Below, in pieces: positions 1 through 9,437 of a DNA stretch of 64,000 nt. Below the pieces are notes generated by a model. The model made no database searches and was not told where the DNA came from. It saw only the letters and a program-made list of their open reading frames with translations. Origin of the DNA: Gammaproteobacteria bacterium (GTDB lineage Bacteria > Pseudomonadota > Gammaproteobacteria > Ga0077536); NCBI GenBank assembly GCA_020849475.1, contig JADLGE010000071.1, positions 18,753-82,752 of the forward strand, written 5' to 3'. The position numbers were made by a program, and so were the translations under genes. How positions within the stretch are numbered: the stretch's first letter is position 1; every line of letters begins with the position of its first letter.

Positions 1-710
1 ATCTGAACTGCAATTTCACGCCGGCGCAGGGCACGGATGCCAGCCTCCTCACCCATGATGAAGTCACGACCCTGTTCCATGAATTCGGCCATGGCCTGCA
101 TCACATGCTGACCACCGTCGGCCGACCGGCGGTGGCCGGCATCAACGGCGTGCCATGGGACGCGGTCGAACTGCCCAGTCAGTTCCTCGAGAACTGGTGC
201 TGGGAGCGCGAGGCGCTGGATCTTTTATCCGGGCATTTCGAAAGCGGCGAACCCTTGCCGCAGGCCTTGTTCGAACGGCTCAACGCCGCGCGGCATTTCC
301 AGGCGGCCATGATGATGGTGCGTCAGCTCGAATTCGCGCTGTTCGACTTCCGTCTGCACCGCGATTACGCGCCGGGTTGCGATATCCAGGCGTTGCTCGA
401 TGGCGTGCGCGACCAGGTCGCGGTGGTCACGCCGCCGCCCTGGAACCGCTTCCAGCACAGCTTTTCGCACATCTTCGCCGGAGGCTACGCGGCCGGTTAT
501 TACAGTTACAAATGGGCCGAAGTGCTGTCGGCCGACGCTTTCGAGCGCTTCACCGAGGAGGGCATTTTCAATGCCACCACCGGCCACGCGTTTCGTGACT
601 CAATCCTCGCCAACGGCGGCGCCGAGGACGCGCTCGAACTGTTCCGCCGTTTCCGGGGCCGCGAACCACAGGTGACGGCGCTGCTGCGTCAGGCTGGACT
701 CATCGCTTAA
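1..710 (+). CDS. prlC: Oligopeptidase A / M3 family metallopeptidase, C-terminal fragment (5' end outside window)
   Basis: Frame 3 is open from the window start; HEFGHGLHHML zinc-binding motif is encoded at ~nt 78-110; C-terminal region typical of M3 oligopeptidases; stop at 708-710. Confidence 0.85.
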   Translation, partial: LNCNFTPAQGTDASLLTHDEVTTLFHEFGHGLHHMLTTVGRPAVAGINGVPWDAVELPSQFLENWCWEREALDLLSGHFESGEPLPQALFERLNAARHFQAAMMMVRQLEFALFDFRLHRDYAPGCDIQALLDGVRDQVAVVTPPPWNRFQHSFSHIFAGGYAAGYYSYKWAEVLSADAFERFTEEGIFNATTGHAFRDSILANGGAEDALELFRRFRGREPQVTALLRQAGLIA

Positions 711-731
711 GCCGACCGGATAATCGCCCGA

Positions 732-1508
732 ATGCGTCGTCCCGCCCGCCTACTGCCGGCCCTGTTGTTGCTCGTCTGCGGCGCCGCCGCGGCGGCCGAC
801 ACCGCCTATGTCATCGACAAGCTCCTGGTCGGCATCCACGAGAGCCGCGATACCGACAGCGCCATCATCAAGGTCGTGCCTACCGGCACCAAGCTCGACG
901 TATTGAAACGCGACGGCGACGTGGCCAACGTCAGCGAACCGGGCGGCGCCTCGGGCTGGGTGGATGCCGCCTACCTCAGCGCCGAGCCACCGGCGCAGGT
1001 GCGCATCGCCGAACTTGAAAAAGCCAAGGCCGCGCTCGAAGACCAGCTCAAGCACGTCGAGCAGGCTTCGCGCGGTGTCCCGGCAGTCGCCGGCGCGCCG
1101 GTCAGCGAGGTGGCGAGCAGCGAAATCGACGCCCTGACCAAGGAAAACACCGCCCTCAAGGGCAAGCTGTCCGACGAAAAGCTGCGCGCCGAGACCCTGC
1201 AGACCGAGGTCTCGTCGCTGCGCGCCCAGGTCAAGAGCACGGCGGTGCCGCCGGACACGCGCCTGGTCGAGCTGGAACGCTCGCGCGACGAGCTCGAACA
1301 GGATCTCGAAGACGCGCGCGCCAAACTGGCCGAATACTCCGCCCGCGCCTCACTCGACGACGTTGGCGCGCTGGTGCCGGTGGTGCTGCGCGAATATGCC
1401 AAAAGCCTCATCCTGCTGGTGCTGGTGCTGGTCGCGCTCGGCTTCGGCGCCGGTGTTTACGTGATTGATTTGTTGAATCGCCGCCGCCACGGCGGCTTTC
1501 GCGTGTAG
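732..1508 (+). CDS. SH3-domain protein with signal peptide, central coiled coil and C-terminal transmembrane anchor
   Basis: N-terminal signal peptide (LLLLVCGAAAAAD), bacterial SH3-like segment, long Ala/Glu/Leu-rich heptad region, hydrophobic C-terminal helix (LILLVLVLVALGFGAGVYVI). Confidence 0.65.
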   Translation: MRRPARLLPALLLLVCGAAAAADTAYVIDKLLVGIHESRDTDSAIIKVVPTGTKLDVLKRDGDVANVSEPGGASGWVDAAYLSAEPPAQVRIAELEKAKAALEDQLKHVEQASRGVPAVAGAPVSEVASSEIDALTKENTALKGKLSDEKLRAETLQTEVSSLRAQVKSTAVPPDTRLVELERSRDELEQDLEDARAKLAEYSARASLDDVGALVPVVLREYAKSLILLVLVLVALGFGAGVYVIDLLNRRRHGGFRV

Positions 1509-1522
1509 CCACGGCCGCAACC

Positions 1523-2293
1523 ATGACCAGCATCGCGACCTGGAACGTGAACTCGATACGCGCGCGCATCGAACACCTCACCACTTGGCTGAAAGATGCC
1601 GCGCCCGACGTGGTCGGCATCCAGGAAACCAAGGTCCAGGATGCGGATTTCCCGCTCGCGGAACTCGAAGCTCTGGGTTATCACACGCTCTACAGCGGGC
1701 AAAAGTCCTACAACGGCGTGGCCCTGCTGTCGAAAGAGCCGGCCACCCTCATCGCCACCGAACTGCCGGGCTTCGACGACCCGCAGCGGCGGGTGCTGGC
1801 GGCCAAGGTCGCCGGCATCACCCTGCTCAACCTCTACGTGCCCAACGGCTCGGAAGTCGGCTCGGAGAAATACGCCTACAAGCTCGCCTGGCTGGACGCG
1901 CTCGGTGACTGGGTGGCGCGCCTCGCGGCCGACGGTGAGCCCTTGATGCTGGTCGGCGACTTCAATATCGCGCCGGACGACCGCGACGTGCACGACCCCG
2001 ACGCCTGGCGCGGCAAGATCCTGTGCAGTGACGATGAGCGCGAGCGTCTCAATCGCCTGCTGGGGCTGGGTCTGACCGATGTGTTCCGTCAATTCGAGCA
2101 GGCGCCGGGCAGCTTCTCCTGGTGGGACTACCGCGGCGGCGGCTTCCGTCGCAATGAAGGCCTGCGCATCGATCTCATTCTTGCCAGTGCCACGCTGGCC
2201 GAGCGCTGTGCGGCCTGCGCCGTCGACCTCGCGCCACGACGCTGGGAGAAACCCTCGGATCACGCGCCGGTGGTGGCCCGATTGCGGCCTTGA
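1523..2293 (+). CDS. xthA: Exodeoxyribonuclease III
   Basis: 256 aa; conserved ExoIII/AP endonuclease motifs (WNVNS, GIQETK, LVGDFNIAPDDRD, SWWDYR, PSDHAPV). Confidence 0.93.
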   Translation: MTSIATWNVNSIRARIEHLTTWLKDAAPDVVGIQETKVQDADFPLAELEALGYHTLYSGQKSYNGVALLSKEPATLIATELPGFDDPQRRVLAAKVAGITLLNLYVPNGSEVGSEKYAYKLAWLDALGDWVARLAADGEPLMLVGDFNIAPDDRDVHDPDAWRGKILCSDDERERLNRLLGLGLTDVFRQFEQAPGSFSWWDYRGGGFRRNEGLRIDLILASATLAERCAACAVDLAPRRWEKPSDHAPVVARLRP

Positions 2294-2377
2294 AGTGACA
2301 CAATGCTTTACTCAAGTTTCGGCAAATCTGTCGACCAATTCGCGCCACCGCGGTGTCGGCCTCAGTAGGCTTCCTGC

Positions 2378-2740
2378 ATGAACAACGAAAATAACGACGA
2401 AGATTTCCCGTTTGATGAGTGGGCGAGTCTGGCCCGCCACGACCCCCACGGTTTTGAGTCGGCGCGACGTCAGGTGCTGCAAAGCCTCATCGAATCGGCG
2501 CCGCTGACCCAGCGCCGTCGCCTGGAAGGCCTGCAATGGCAGATCGACCGCGAGCGCGAACGGGCCGACAACCCGATGGCGTCGTGCATCAAGATCTCCA
2601 GCATGATGTGGGACCGGGTGCTGGGCGAAGGCGGCCTGGTCGATAATCTCGAGCAGTTGTCGGGGGTGAAACCGCCCCGTGAACAACCGCGTCGACAGGC
2701 GTCGGTGCTGCCTTTCACCCGTCGCGACGATGCCCTGTAA
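2378..2740 (+). CDS. DUF3135-like small acidic protein
   Basis: 120 aa, acidic N-terminus (DEDFPFDEW), resembles DUF3135 family members from memory. Confidence 0.55.
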   Translation: MNNENNDEDFPFDEWASLARHDPHGFESARRQVLQSLIESAPLTQRRRLEGLQWQIDRERERADNPMASCIKISSMMWDRVLGEGGLVDNLEQLSGVKPPREQPRRQASVLPFTRRDDAL

Positions 2741-2813
2741 GTGCAAGCGTCTTGCAATGCCGTGGAGCGAGACCTAGAATTCGGCCCCTTTTGCGAGCTA
2801 TTGAGCAGCGTCC

Positions 2814-3023
2814 ATGAAATCGGATACCCATCCCAATTACCACGACATCGCCGTCAAGTGCAGCTGTGGCAACACCTTCCAGACGCGCTCGACCCTGCAC
2901 GGCGAGCAGCTGCAACTGGACGTCTGCTCGTCCTGCCACCCGTTCTACACGGGCCAGCAGAAGGTCGTCGACACCGCCGGCCGTATCGACAAGTTCCGTC
3001 GCAAGTACGGCGGTCCGGCCTGA
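2814..3023 (+). CDS. rpmE: 50S ribosomal protein L31
   Basis: 69 aa, [12 protein letters not shown]...CSCG...[10 protein letters not shown] zinc-ribbon L31 signature. Confidence 0.93.
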   Translation: MKSDTHPNYHDIAVKCSCGNTFQTRSTLHGEQLQLDVCSSCHPFYTGQQKVVDTAGRIDKFRRKYGGPA

Positions 3024-3279
3024 GGGCATAGACCCACGCCGATCAGCGGCGTGAGTCATTTAGCATGAGCATGAGGGGCGCGTTTCGACGCGCCGCTTTC
3101 GTTTATGGCGCCTGCGGCTGACGCTGCCGCCTCCCCCCCGGACACCGGTCACACTTTTTTTTCAGTGTGACTCGGAACCAAGCACTCAACGACCAGTCAC
3201 AACATCACGTTCGCCAGAACGAGCCTGCCAACCCCCTCCCAAGGCAGGCGGCGCCCGATCCCCCAATCGGGCAACAAAG

Positions 3280-3330
3280 TGGCCCCGGTCAGTCAGTCCC
3301 CCTAACAGCCTGCACCGGGGCCCTTTTTTT
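3280..3330 (+). terminator. Hairpin (ggccccggt...accggggcc) followed by T8 run; putative rho-independent terminator for a plus-strand transcript
   Basis: GC-rich inverted repeat with ~24-nt loop followed by tttttttt immediately before the engB stop codon. Confidence 0.45.
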
Positions 3331-3954
3331 TCATTCCAACTGCAACCAGTCGGCCAGCACCTGCCAGGCCTGCTCGGCGCCGTCCTGCTTGAGTGCGGAA
3401 AACAGCTGGGCACTCGCCGTCCAGCCGCGCTTGGCGATGGCCGCGGTGACCTGATGCAGCGTTGCGGTCGCAGGTCCGCGGCTGAGCTTGTCGCTCTTGT
3501 TGAGCAGCACGTGGACCGCGACGCCGGCGTGGTTGCACCACTCGAGCACCGCCAGATCCTGGGGCTTGAGCGGGTGGCGGATGTCCATCAGCAGGATAAG
3601 CCCCGCCAGTGACGCGCGGGTCTCGAGATATTCGGGCAGCGCTTCCTCCCAGTGGGCGCGCATCGACTTGGCAACCTTCGCATAGCCAAAGCCCGGCAAG
3701 TCGATGAGGCGTCGCTCCGCATCGAGTTCGAACACCACGATGTGTTGGGTGCGGCCCGGCGTGCGACTGGTGCGGGCCAGGCCGCGCTGCGCGCACAGCA
3801 CGTTGAGGGCGCTGGATTTGCCCGCGTTGGAGCGGCCGGCGAAGGCGATTTCACGCCCGGTATCGGAAGGCAGCAGGCGCGCTTCGGGCACACTCAAGGT
3901 GAAGCGCGCATTCTTGAACAGTTTGCGTGCCCGCTCCGATGCGTTGTCCGTCAT
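3331..3954 (-). CDS. engB: Ribosome biogenesis GTP-binding protein YsxC/EngB
   Basis: 207 aa; G1 GRSNAGKSS, G3 DLPGFG, G4 NKSDK motifs typical of EngB/YihA. Confidence 0.9.
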   Translation of the reverse strand: MTDNASERARKLFKNARFTLSVPEARLLPSDTGREIAFAGRSNAGKSSALNVLCAQRGLARTSRTPGRTQHIVVFELDAERRLIDLPGFGYAKVAKSMRAHWEEALPEYLETRASLAGLILLMDIRHPLKPQDLAVLEWCNHAGVAVHVLLNKSDKLSRGPATATLHQVTAAIAKRGWTASAQLFSALKQDGAEQAWQVLADWLQLE

Positions 3955-4073
3955 TGTCTTTTCCGATCTCGAGTGCGTCGTACCGATTGGCCGTAAGCAT
4001 TAGCAGGTTAGTGCAGATCAAGGCCGCGTCCCGTATATAATCAGCCCTGACTTCCCGCAAGCGAGAGCAAGAG

Positions 4074-4679
4074 ATGCATAAGAGGAACGCGTTCCTGGCG
4101 GTGGCCGCGCTGTGCGTGGCATTCGTTGCCGCTGCCCAGGCGGATGGCAAGGCCAAGGCAATGGTGTGTACTGCCTGCCACGGACCGGATGGTAACAGCA
4201 GCAACCCGATCTGGCCGAATCTTGCAGCCCAGAATCCGAGCTACATCGTTGCCCAGTTGAAGGCCTTCAAGGCCGGCACCCGTCAGAATCCGTCGATGGC
4301 GCCGATGGTGGCACCGCTCACCGAAGGCGACATGGAAGAGATCGCAAATTTCTTCGCGGCCCAGACCTTGAAGGTCAAACCGCTGGCCGCCGACCAGGCA
4401 GCTGCCGCGGCCGCAGGTGCAAAGATTTATCGTGGTGGCGACGCCGAGCGCGCCATCCCCGCCTGCATGGCCTGTCACGGCCCTGACGGCGGCGGCAATC
4501 CGGGCTCGGGTTATCCGGCACTGCGTGGCCAACAGTTCGACTACACCGTCGCCCAGTTGACGAACTATCACAGCGGCGCGCGTCAAACCGATCCTCAGTC
4601 AATGATGCGCACGGTCGCCAAGCGGCTGACCGAGGATGACATCAAGAATCTGGCACGCTACGTATCAGCTCTGCACTGA
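4074..4679 (+). CDS. cc4: Cytochrome c4 (diheme, periplasmic)
   Basis: Signal peptide, two CxxCH heme-binding motifs (CTACH, CMACH), 201 aa; divergent from engB as in pseudomonads. Confidence 0.9.
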   Translation: MHKRNAFLAVAALCVAFVAAAQADGKAKAMVCTACHGPDGNSSNPIWPNLAAQNPSYIVAQLKAFKAGTRQNPSMAPMVAPLTEGDMEEIANFFAAQTLKVKPLAADQAAAAAAGAKIYRGGDAERAIPACMACHGPDGGGNPGSGYPALRGQQFDYTVAQLTNYHSGARQTDPQSMMRTVAKRLTEDDIKNLARYVSALH

Positions 4680-4710
4680 GTACTTGACTGAGTACTTGAC
4701 TGAGTACTTG
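4677..4710 (+). repeat. 12-bp tandem repeat tgagtacttgac x ~2.8 overlapping cc4 stop codon
   Basis: tgagtacttgac tgagtacttgac tgagtacttg read directly at 4677-4710. Confidence 0.9.
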
Positions 4711-4773
4711 CGCTTAAGGTCGGGCACGCGCGGCCGATAGCGAAAGCGGCATGCGACACAACATAGGTATCGG

Positions 4774-5409
4774 ATGACAATGAAGCTACGCAACATCATG
4801 TGTTCGGCAGTGCTGGCATTGCTGGCCATGGCGAACCCGCAGGCGCAAGAGTTCGTTGCCGGCCAGCACTATCAGGAAGTGAAACCGCCGGTGGCGACTT
4901 CGGTCCCCGCAGGCAAGGTCGAAGTGCTGGAACTGTTCTGGTACGGCTGCCCGCATTGCTACGCGTTCGAGCCGCAGTTGACCGAGTGGGTCAAGAACAA
5001 GCCGGATTACGTCGAATTCGTGCGCGTGCCTGCGGTGTTCGCACACAACTGGGAGTTGCACGCGCGCGCCTACTACGCGGCCCAACAGCTCGGCGTCCTC
5101 GATAAAGTGCATCAAGCTTTGTTCGACGCCATCCACAAGCAGGGCCGCAAAGTCTTCTCCGAGGAAGAAATTACGCAGTTCTTTGCCGATCAGGGCGTCG
5201 ACGCGGAAGCTTTCAAGAAGGCCTTCAATTCCTTCGACGTCGATACCAAGACCCGCCACGCCATCGCCCTCACCCGCGAATACGGCATCACCGGCGTCCC
5301 CGCGCTCATCGTCAATGGCAAATACCGCAGCAGCGCCCAGGAAGCCGGCGATCTCAACTCCCTGTTAAAGGTGGTTGAAACACTGGCCGATAAGGAACAC
5401 AAGCGGTAA
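4774..5409 (+). CDS. dsbA: Thiol:disulfide interchange protein DsbA
   Basis: Signal peptide, CPHC active site (WYGCPHCYAF), 211 aa thioredoxin fold. Confidence 0.92.
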   Translation: MTMKLRNIMCSAVLALLAMANPQAQEFVAGQHYQEVKPPVATSVPAGKVEVLELFWYGCPHCYAFEPQLTEWVKNKPDYVEFVRVPAVFAHNWELHARAYYAAQQLGVLDKVHQALFDAIHKQGRKVFSEEEITQFFADQGVDAEAFKKAFNSFDVDTKTRHAIALTREYGITGVPALIVNGKYRSSAQEAGDLNSLLKVVETLADKEHKR

Positions 5410-5413
5410 TCAT

Positions 5414-5484
5414 CCGCGCGTTCGACGCGCGGCCACGTTCGAAGGAGAGATTCTCCTTCGAACGTTTGAATCTCCTCGATTCAA
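5414..5484 (+). promoter_or_regulatory. Three stacked perfect palindromes downstream of dsbA (19-bp ccgcgcgttcgacgcgcgg, 29-bp cgttcgaaggagagattctccttcgaacg, 19-bp ttgaatctcctcgattcaa)
   Basis: Read directly; no T-run follows, so either an atypical terminator or a protein-binding/regulatory element ahead of the GGDEF gene. Confidence 0.4.
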
Positions 5485-5585
5485 GAGACATTACCGACTG
5501 GTGTGCAGCTTGAGTGTCGTGCACGTAATTCATACGGATGCGATGCCAGAGTGGCGCGAACGTCCCTTAAGACGTCGGAACAGTA

Positions 5586-7172
5586 ATGTCGGCCCCGCAA
5601 TTGAACGGCACGATCACCAACTCCAAGGCCCCGCTCCCACGTCGCGATGGGGTGGCTGATCGCGTCGCATCGGAAACGATCTCCAGGCTGCAACGCGGCA
5701 TTCTGCGACTCGCGCTCGCCTACCACGGGCGTAGCCCCGATCTCGACAAGAAGCTCAAGGAAATGGGCGGCCTGGTGCGCGCCGGCCGTCGCGATGCGCT
5801 GTTGCAGCGCCTGATAGACGAAATCGTCAGCACCATCGTCGCACTCGACCTGGAACCGGCTATCGGCGGTGCGACGGCGCCAGCCAGCGTCACTCCCGCG
5901 GGTCCCGAGCAGCCGGATCTGCTTCACCATTTCTTCGATCACCTGCAACTGCCGCCGGCGCTGTTGCTGGAAGTCGAGCGCGTGCGCAAGCGCATCGCCG
6001 CCAAGAGCAACACGGCAGAACTGCTTGAGCAGGTCGAACAGGCTTCGGCGGCAATTTCGGAACGCCTGGCGCTGGCCGCCGACAACAGGCGCAGTATCGA
6101 CAGCGCGCGCCAGTCGCTGCTCGACCTCATCGATCGCATCCCGGTGTCGCGCAACCTGGCCAGCGAAGCCGCGCAGCTGCGTCGCACCATCGAAACCATC
6201 GCCGGGCCCGAGGAAATTCGTCCTTGCACGACCGCGCTCGCGCAATTGGTCGGCAAACTCCGCGAGGAGATGCAGGCCGAGCTCGATCGTCTGGCCGAAT
6301 TCCTGCGCGGCACCGCACGTCGACTGCAGGAATTCGAACAAGTCATGCAGCGCTCGCGCGAGATGTATGCAGAAAGCGAGGCGGATGCCTTGCAGTTGAG
6401 CGAAACCATCTGCGTTGGCGTCAGGGAAGTGCGGCTTAGCGTCGGCGAAGCCGACGATCTCGACGCGCTCAAGGTACTCATTGAGAGCAAACTCGAAGTC
6501 ATCGACAACGGCCTGACGCAATTCGTGTCGAGCCAGTCGGTGCGCGCGGCTGAAGCCGGCGACGTCATCGAGCGCATGACCCATCGCTTGAAGGATCTCG
6601 AACAGCAGGCGCTGCATCTGCGCGAAGATCTGGAAGTCCAGCACGCCCGCGTGCTGATGGATCCCTTGACCGGCATTCTCAACCGCGCCGGTTACACCGA
6701 GATGGCCAGCAAGCATTTTGCGCGCTGGAAACGCTATGGCGGCGCTTTGAGCCTGGGTGTCATCGATCTGGATCTGTTCAAGGAAATCAATGATCGCTAT
6801 GGCCACGCGGCCGGCGACAAGGTGTTGGCCACGGTCGCCTCCAAACTCAAGGAAGTGATCCGCGAAAGTGATGTGCTATGCCGTTTCGGCGGCGAGGAAT
6901 TCGTGCTGCTGCTGCCGGAAACTTCGGTGTCGGACGCACGCACCATGCTCGAAAAGCTGCGCAATCACATCGCCGACTGTCCGTTCCGGCATAAAGACAC
7001 CCCGGTGCGCGTGACCATGTCCTGCGGCGTCGCCCAGTTCCAGGCCACCGACACCATCGACAGCGTATTCGAACGTGCGGATCTGGCGATGTATGCCGCC
7101 AAGCAGGGCGGCCGCAATCGAGTGTGCACCGAGCTCGATCCGATGCCGGAAGCCGCCCCCGCCCACGACTGA
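5586..7172 (+). CDS. Diguanylate cyclase (GGDEF domain) with long N-terminal coiled-coil region
   Basis: C-terminal GGDEF domain with RxGGEEF motif and inhibitory-site RESD; N-terminal ~350 aa are predicted helical/coiled coil with no recognisable sensor domain. Confidence 0.88.
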   Translation: MSAPQLNGTITNSKAPLPRRDGVADRVASETISRLQRGILRLALAYHGRSPDLDKKLKEMGGLVRAGRRDALLQRLIDEIVSTIVALDLEPAIGGATAPASVTPAGPEQPDLLHHFFDHLQLPPALLLEVERVRKRIAAKSNTAELLEQVEQASAAISERLALAADNRRSIDSARQSLLDLIDRIPVSRNLASEAAQLRRTIETIAGPEEIRPCTTALAQLVGKLREEMQAELDRLAEFLRGTARRLQEFEQVMQRSREMYAESEADALQLSETICVGVREVRLSVGEADDLDALKVLIESKLEVIDNGLTQFVSSQSVRAAEAGDVIERMTHRLKDLEQQALHLREDLEVQHARVLMDPLTGILNRAGYTEMASKHFARWKRYGGALSLGVIDLDLFKEINDRYGHAAGDKVLATVASKLKEVIRESDVLCRFGGEEFVLLLPETSVSDARTMLEKLRNHIADCPFRHKDTPVRVTMSCGVAQFQATDTIDSVFERADLAMYAAKQGGRNRVCTELDPMPEAAPAHD

Positions 7173-7311
7173 GTTCGCGGTCCCGCGCGGACCGCCCCCC
7201 GAGCCTTCGAGACCACCGCTGCCGAAACAGATTGCTGTTTCGTCACATCTTGGTCATAAAACCATCACATACTCCGCCCAGTTCAAAAGCCCCATGGGAG
7301 AAATCCAAGTG

Positions 7312-8280
7312 ATGAGACGCCAGATTTCAAGCCTTGCCGCGCTGTTGCTCGGCGCGGCATTCGTGACCGCGCAAGCCGATGACACGGCCAGCGATCACCC
7401 GTCCTACCAGACCGAGACCGGCATTTCCGGCAACGTCACCAGTGTCGGTTCCGACACCCTCGCCAACCTCATGACCTTGTGGGCGGAACAGTTCAAGCGC
7501 TTCTACCCGAGCGTCAACATCCAGATTCAAGCCGCGGGCTCGGCCACCGCGCCGCCGGCCTTGACCGAGGGCACCTCGAACCTCGGGCCGATGAGCCGAC
7601 TCATGAAGTCCAATGAGCTCGAAGCCTTTGAAGCGAAGTACGGTTACAAGCCGACCGCCGTGCCGGTCGCAGTCGATGCGCTCGCCGTGTTCGTGCACAA
7701 GGACAATCCCATCAAGGGCCTGACCATTGAGCAGGTCGATGCGATTTTCTCGGCCACCCGTCAGTGCGGTCATGCCAGCGACATCACCAAGTGGGGCGAC
7801 CTCGGTCTCGCCGGTGAATGGGCGAGCCGCACCGTTCAGCTTTACGGTCGCAACTCGGTGTCCGGCACCTACGGCTATTTCAAGGAACACGCGCTGTGCA
7901 AAGGTGACTTCAAGAACAACGTCAACGAACAGCCGGGCTCGGCCTCGGTCGTGCAGGGCGTGACCAAGTCGCTGAACGGCATCGGCTATTCGGGCATCGG
8001 TTACCGCACCTCCGGTGTGCGCGCAGTGCCGTTGTTCGACAAGGCAGGCAAGCTCGAGGAAGCCACCGAAGAGAACGCTCTGTCGGGCAAGTATCCGCTC
8101 AGCCGCTACCTCTTCATCTACGTCAACAAGGCGCCCAACAAGCCGATGGCGCCGCTGGAGCGCGCCTTCCTGCGCATGGTGTTGTCGAAAGAAGGCCAGG
8201 CCATCGTGACCAAGGACGGCTACATCCAGGTGCCGGCCAAGATTGCCGAGAAGCAGTTGAAGGGCGTGCTGGGCGACTGA
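7312..8280 (+). CDS. PstS-family periplasmic phosphate-binding protein (solo)
   Basis: Signal peptide [22 protein letters not shown]; PBP-like_2 motifs (SGSDT, GSATAP, GYSGIGY); start chosen at ATG 7312, 10 nt after GGGAGA. Confidence 0.8.
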   Translation: MRRQISSLAALLLGAAFVTAQADDTASDHPSYQTETGISGNVTSVGSDTLANLMTLWAEQFKRFYPSVNIQIQAAGSATAPPALTEGTSNLGPMSRLMKSNELEAFEAKYGYKPTAVPVAVDALAVFVHKDNPIKGLTIEQVDAIFSATRQCGHASDITKWGDLGLAGEWASRTVQLYGRNSVSGTYGYFKEHALCKGDFKNNVNEQPGSASVVQGVTKSLNGIGYSGIGYRTSGVRAVPLFDKAGKLEEATEENALSGKYPLSRYLFIYVNKAPNKPMAPLERAFLRMVLSKEGQAIVTKDGYIQVPAKIAEKQLKGVLGD

Positions 8281-8304
8281 GCTCAAGCCTTCATCCGCGA
8301 AAAG

Positions 8305-8333
8305 ATACCGGGCCCAGCGCCCGGTATTTTTTT
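8305..8333 (+). terminator. Rho-independent terminator after PstS-like gene
   Basis: ataccgggc-ccagc-gcccggtat stem-loop followed by T7. Confidence 0.7.
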
Positions 8334-8367
8334 GTGCGCGCCGTGTGCCGTCCCGTACCATGTGCGC

Positions 8368-8607
8368 ATGACCAATAACGACGAACCGCGTCGATCGAAC
8401 GACCCACTGCATGGCATCACCCTCGAAGCCGTGCTCACCACCCTGGTCGCACGGCACGGCTGGGCCGAGATGTGGCGCCGCATTCCGATCCGCTGCTTCT
8501 TCAACGACCCCTCGATCAAATCGAGCCTCAAATTCCTGCGCCGCACGCCATGGGCACGGGAGAAAGTCGAAGCCTGGTATGTGGAGGAAGCGAAGCGCGG
8601 TCTCTGA
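8368..8607 (+). CDS. DUF2132 (VF530-like) small protein
   Basis: 79 aa from ATG 8368 (MTNNDEPRRSNDPLHGITLEAVL...); family assignment from memory. Confidence 0.5.
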   Translation: MTNNDEPRRSNDPLHGITLEAVLTTLVARHGWAEMWRRIPIRCFFNDPSIKSSLKFLRRTPWAREKVEAWYVEEAKRGL

Positions 8608-8650
8608 TCGGCCTGCCACCTTCGCTGTCGGCACACTCCCCGACCACGAC

Positions 8651-9189
8651 TCAGGACCGTGGTTTTCTACGCGCCGCGCTCGCCGCCGGCGTCGCGCGCT
8701 CGGGCCGACGAATATGGTCGATGTGTTCCAGCGGCAGTTCGGTCTTGGCGATCACCCGTCGCAGTACGAAACTCGAATGCACGCCGGTCACACCCTCGAT
8801 GCGGGTCAGGCGGCCGAGCAGGAATTCTTCGTAGTAGGTCATGTCGGGCAGCACCGCCTTCAAGAGGTAATCGGCGGCCTGGCCGGTGACGATGCTGCAT
8901 TCGATCACTTCCGGAAAATCCCGCACTTCGCGCTCGAAAGTGGCGAAGCGCTCGGGCGTGTGGCGGTCCATGGAAATGCCGATCATGGCGGTGATGTTGA
9001 GGCCCAGCGCCGCCTGGTTGAGCAGGGTCACATGGCGGTCTATGACCCCCGACTCCTCGAGCTGCTTCACGCGCCGCGAGCAGGGCGTCGGCGACAGGCC
9101 GACCTTGTCGGCCAGTTCCAGATTGCTGATGCGGCCATTGGCCTGCATTTCGGCCAGGATGCGTTTGTCGATGCGGTCGAGTTTCATGG
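8651..9189 (-). CDS. Lrp/AsnC family transcriptional regulator
   Basis: MKLDRIDKRILAEMQANGRISNLELADKVGLSPTPCSRRVKQLEESGVI HTH followed by RAM domain; start at internal ATG 9189 rather than the ORF-track start. Confidence 0.85.
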
Positions 9190-9437
9190 CGAGGCTCTCG
9201 GCTATGGTCAATAGGCGGTCATTGCGGAGATTCCGACAATAATTCCCTAGCAAACTAGCAGAGCTTGGCGAGTTATTGCAAAAGCGGCGCTTACGGATGG
9301 CGAATACGCCATCATTCACTAACGCCGCCTCTTTATACTTCCCCCCGTTCGCGGTGCGCACTCGGCTGCCCTCTGGCAGCGGGCGAGGCCCCGGCATTCA
9401 ACGTCAACCGCGCCGCTGGCGCGTAGCAGGTAATCCC

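Noticed and set aside
4008-4041. Sigma-70 promoter for cc4 (TATAAT at ~4036-4041)
   Set aside because: The -10 hexamer is convincing but no acceptable -35 lies at 16-18 bp spacing, so it is not reported as a feature.
4677-4710. 12-bp tandem repeat as a CRISPR array or coding repeat
   Set aside because: It has only ~3 copies with no spacers and lies outside any CDS apart from the stop codon.
5481-6806. 441-aa ORF on the minus strand
   Set aside because: It lies entirely antisense to the GGDEF cyclase gene, which has clear domain motifs. It is a typical high-GC shadow ORF with Arg/Ala-rich low-complexity translation.
7327-8634. 435-aa minus-strand ORF
   Set aside because: It is antisense to the PstS-like and DUF2132 genes and has no motif support.
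9190-9437. leu leader peptide or attenuator upstream of leuA
   Set aside because: No short Leu-codon-rich ORF with a terminator/antiterminator pair could be identified. The region is in frame with leuA without stops, but the start is better placed at ATG 9438.
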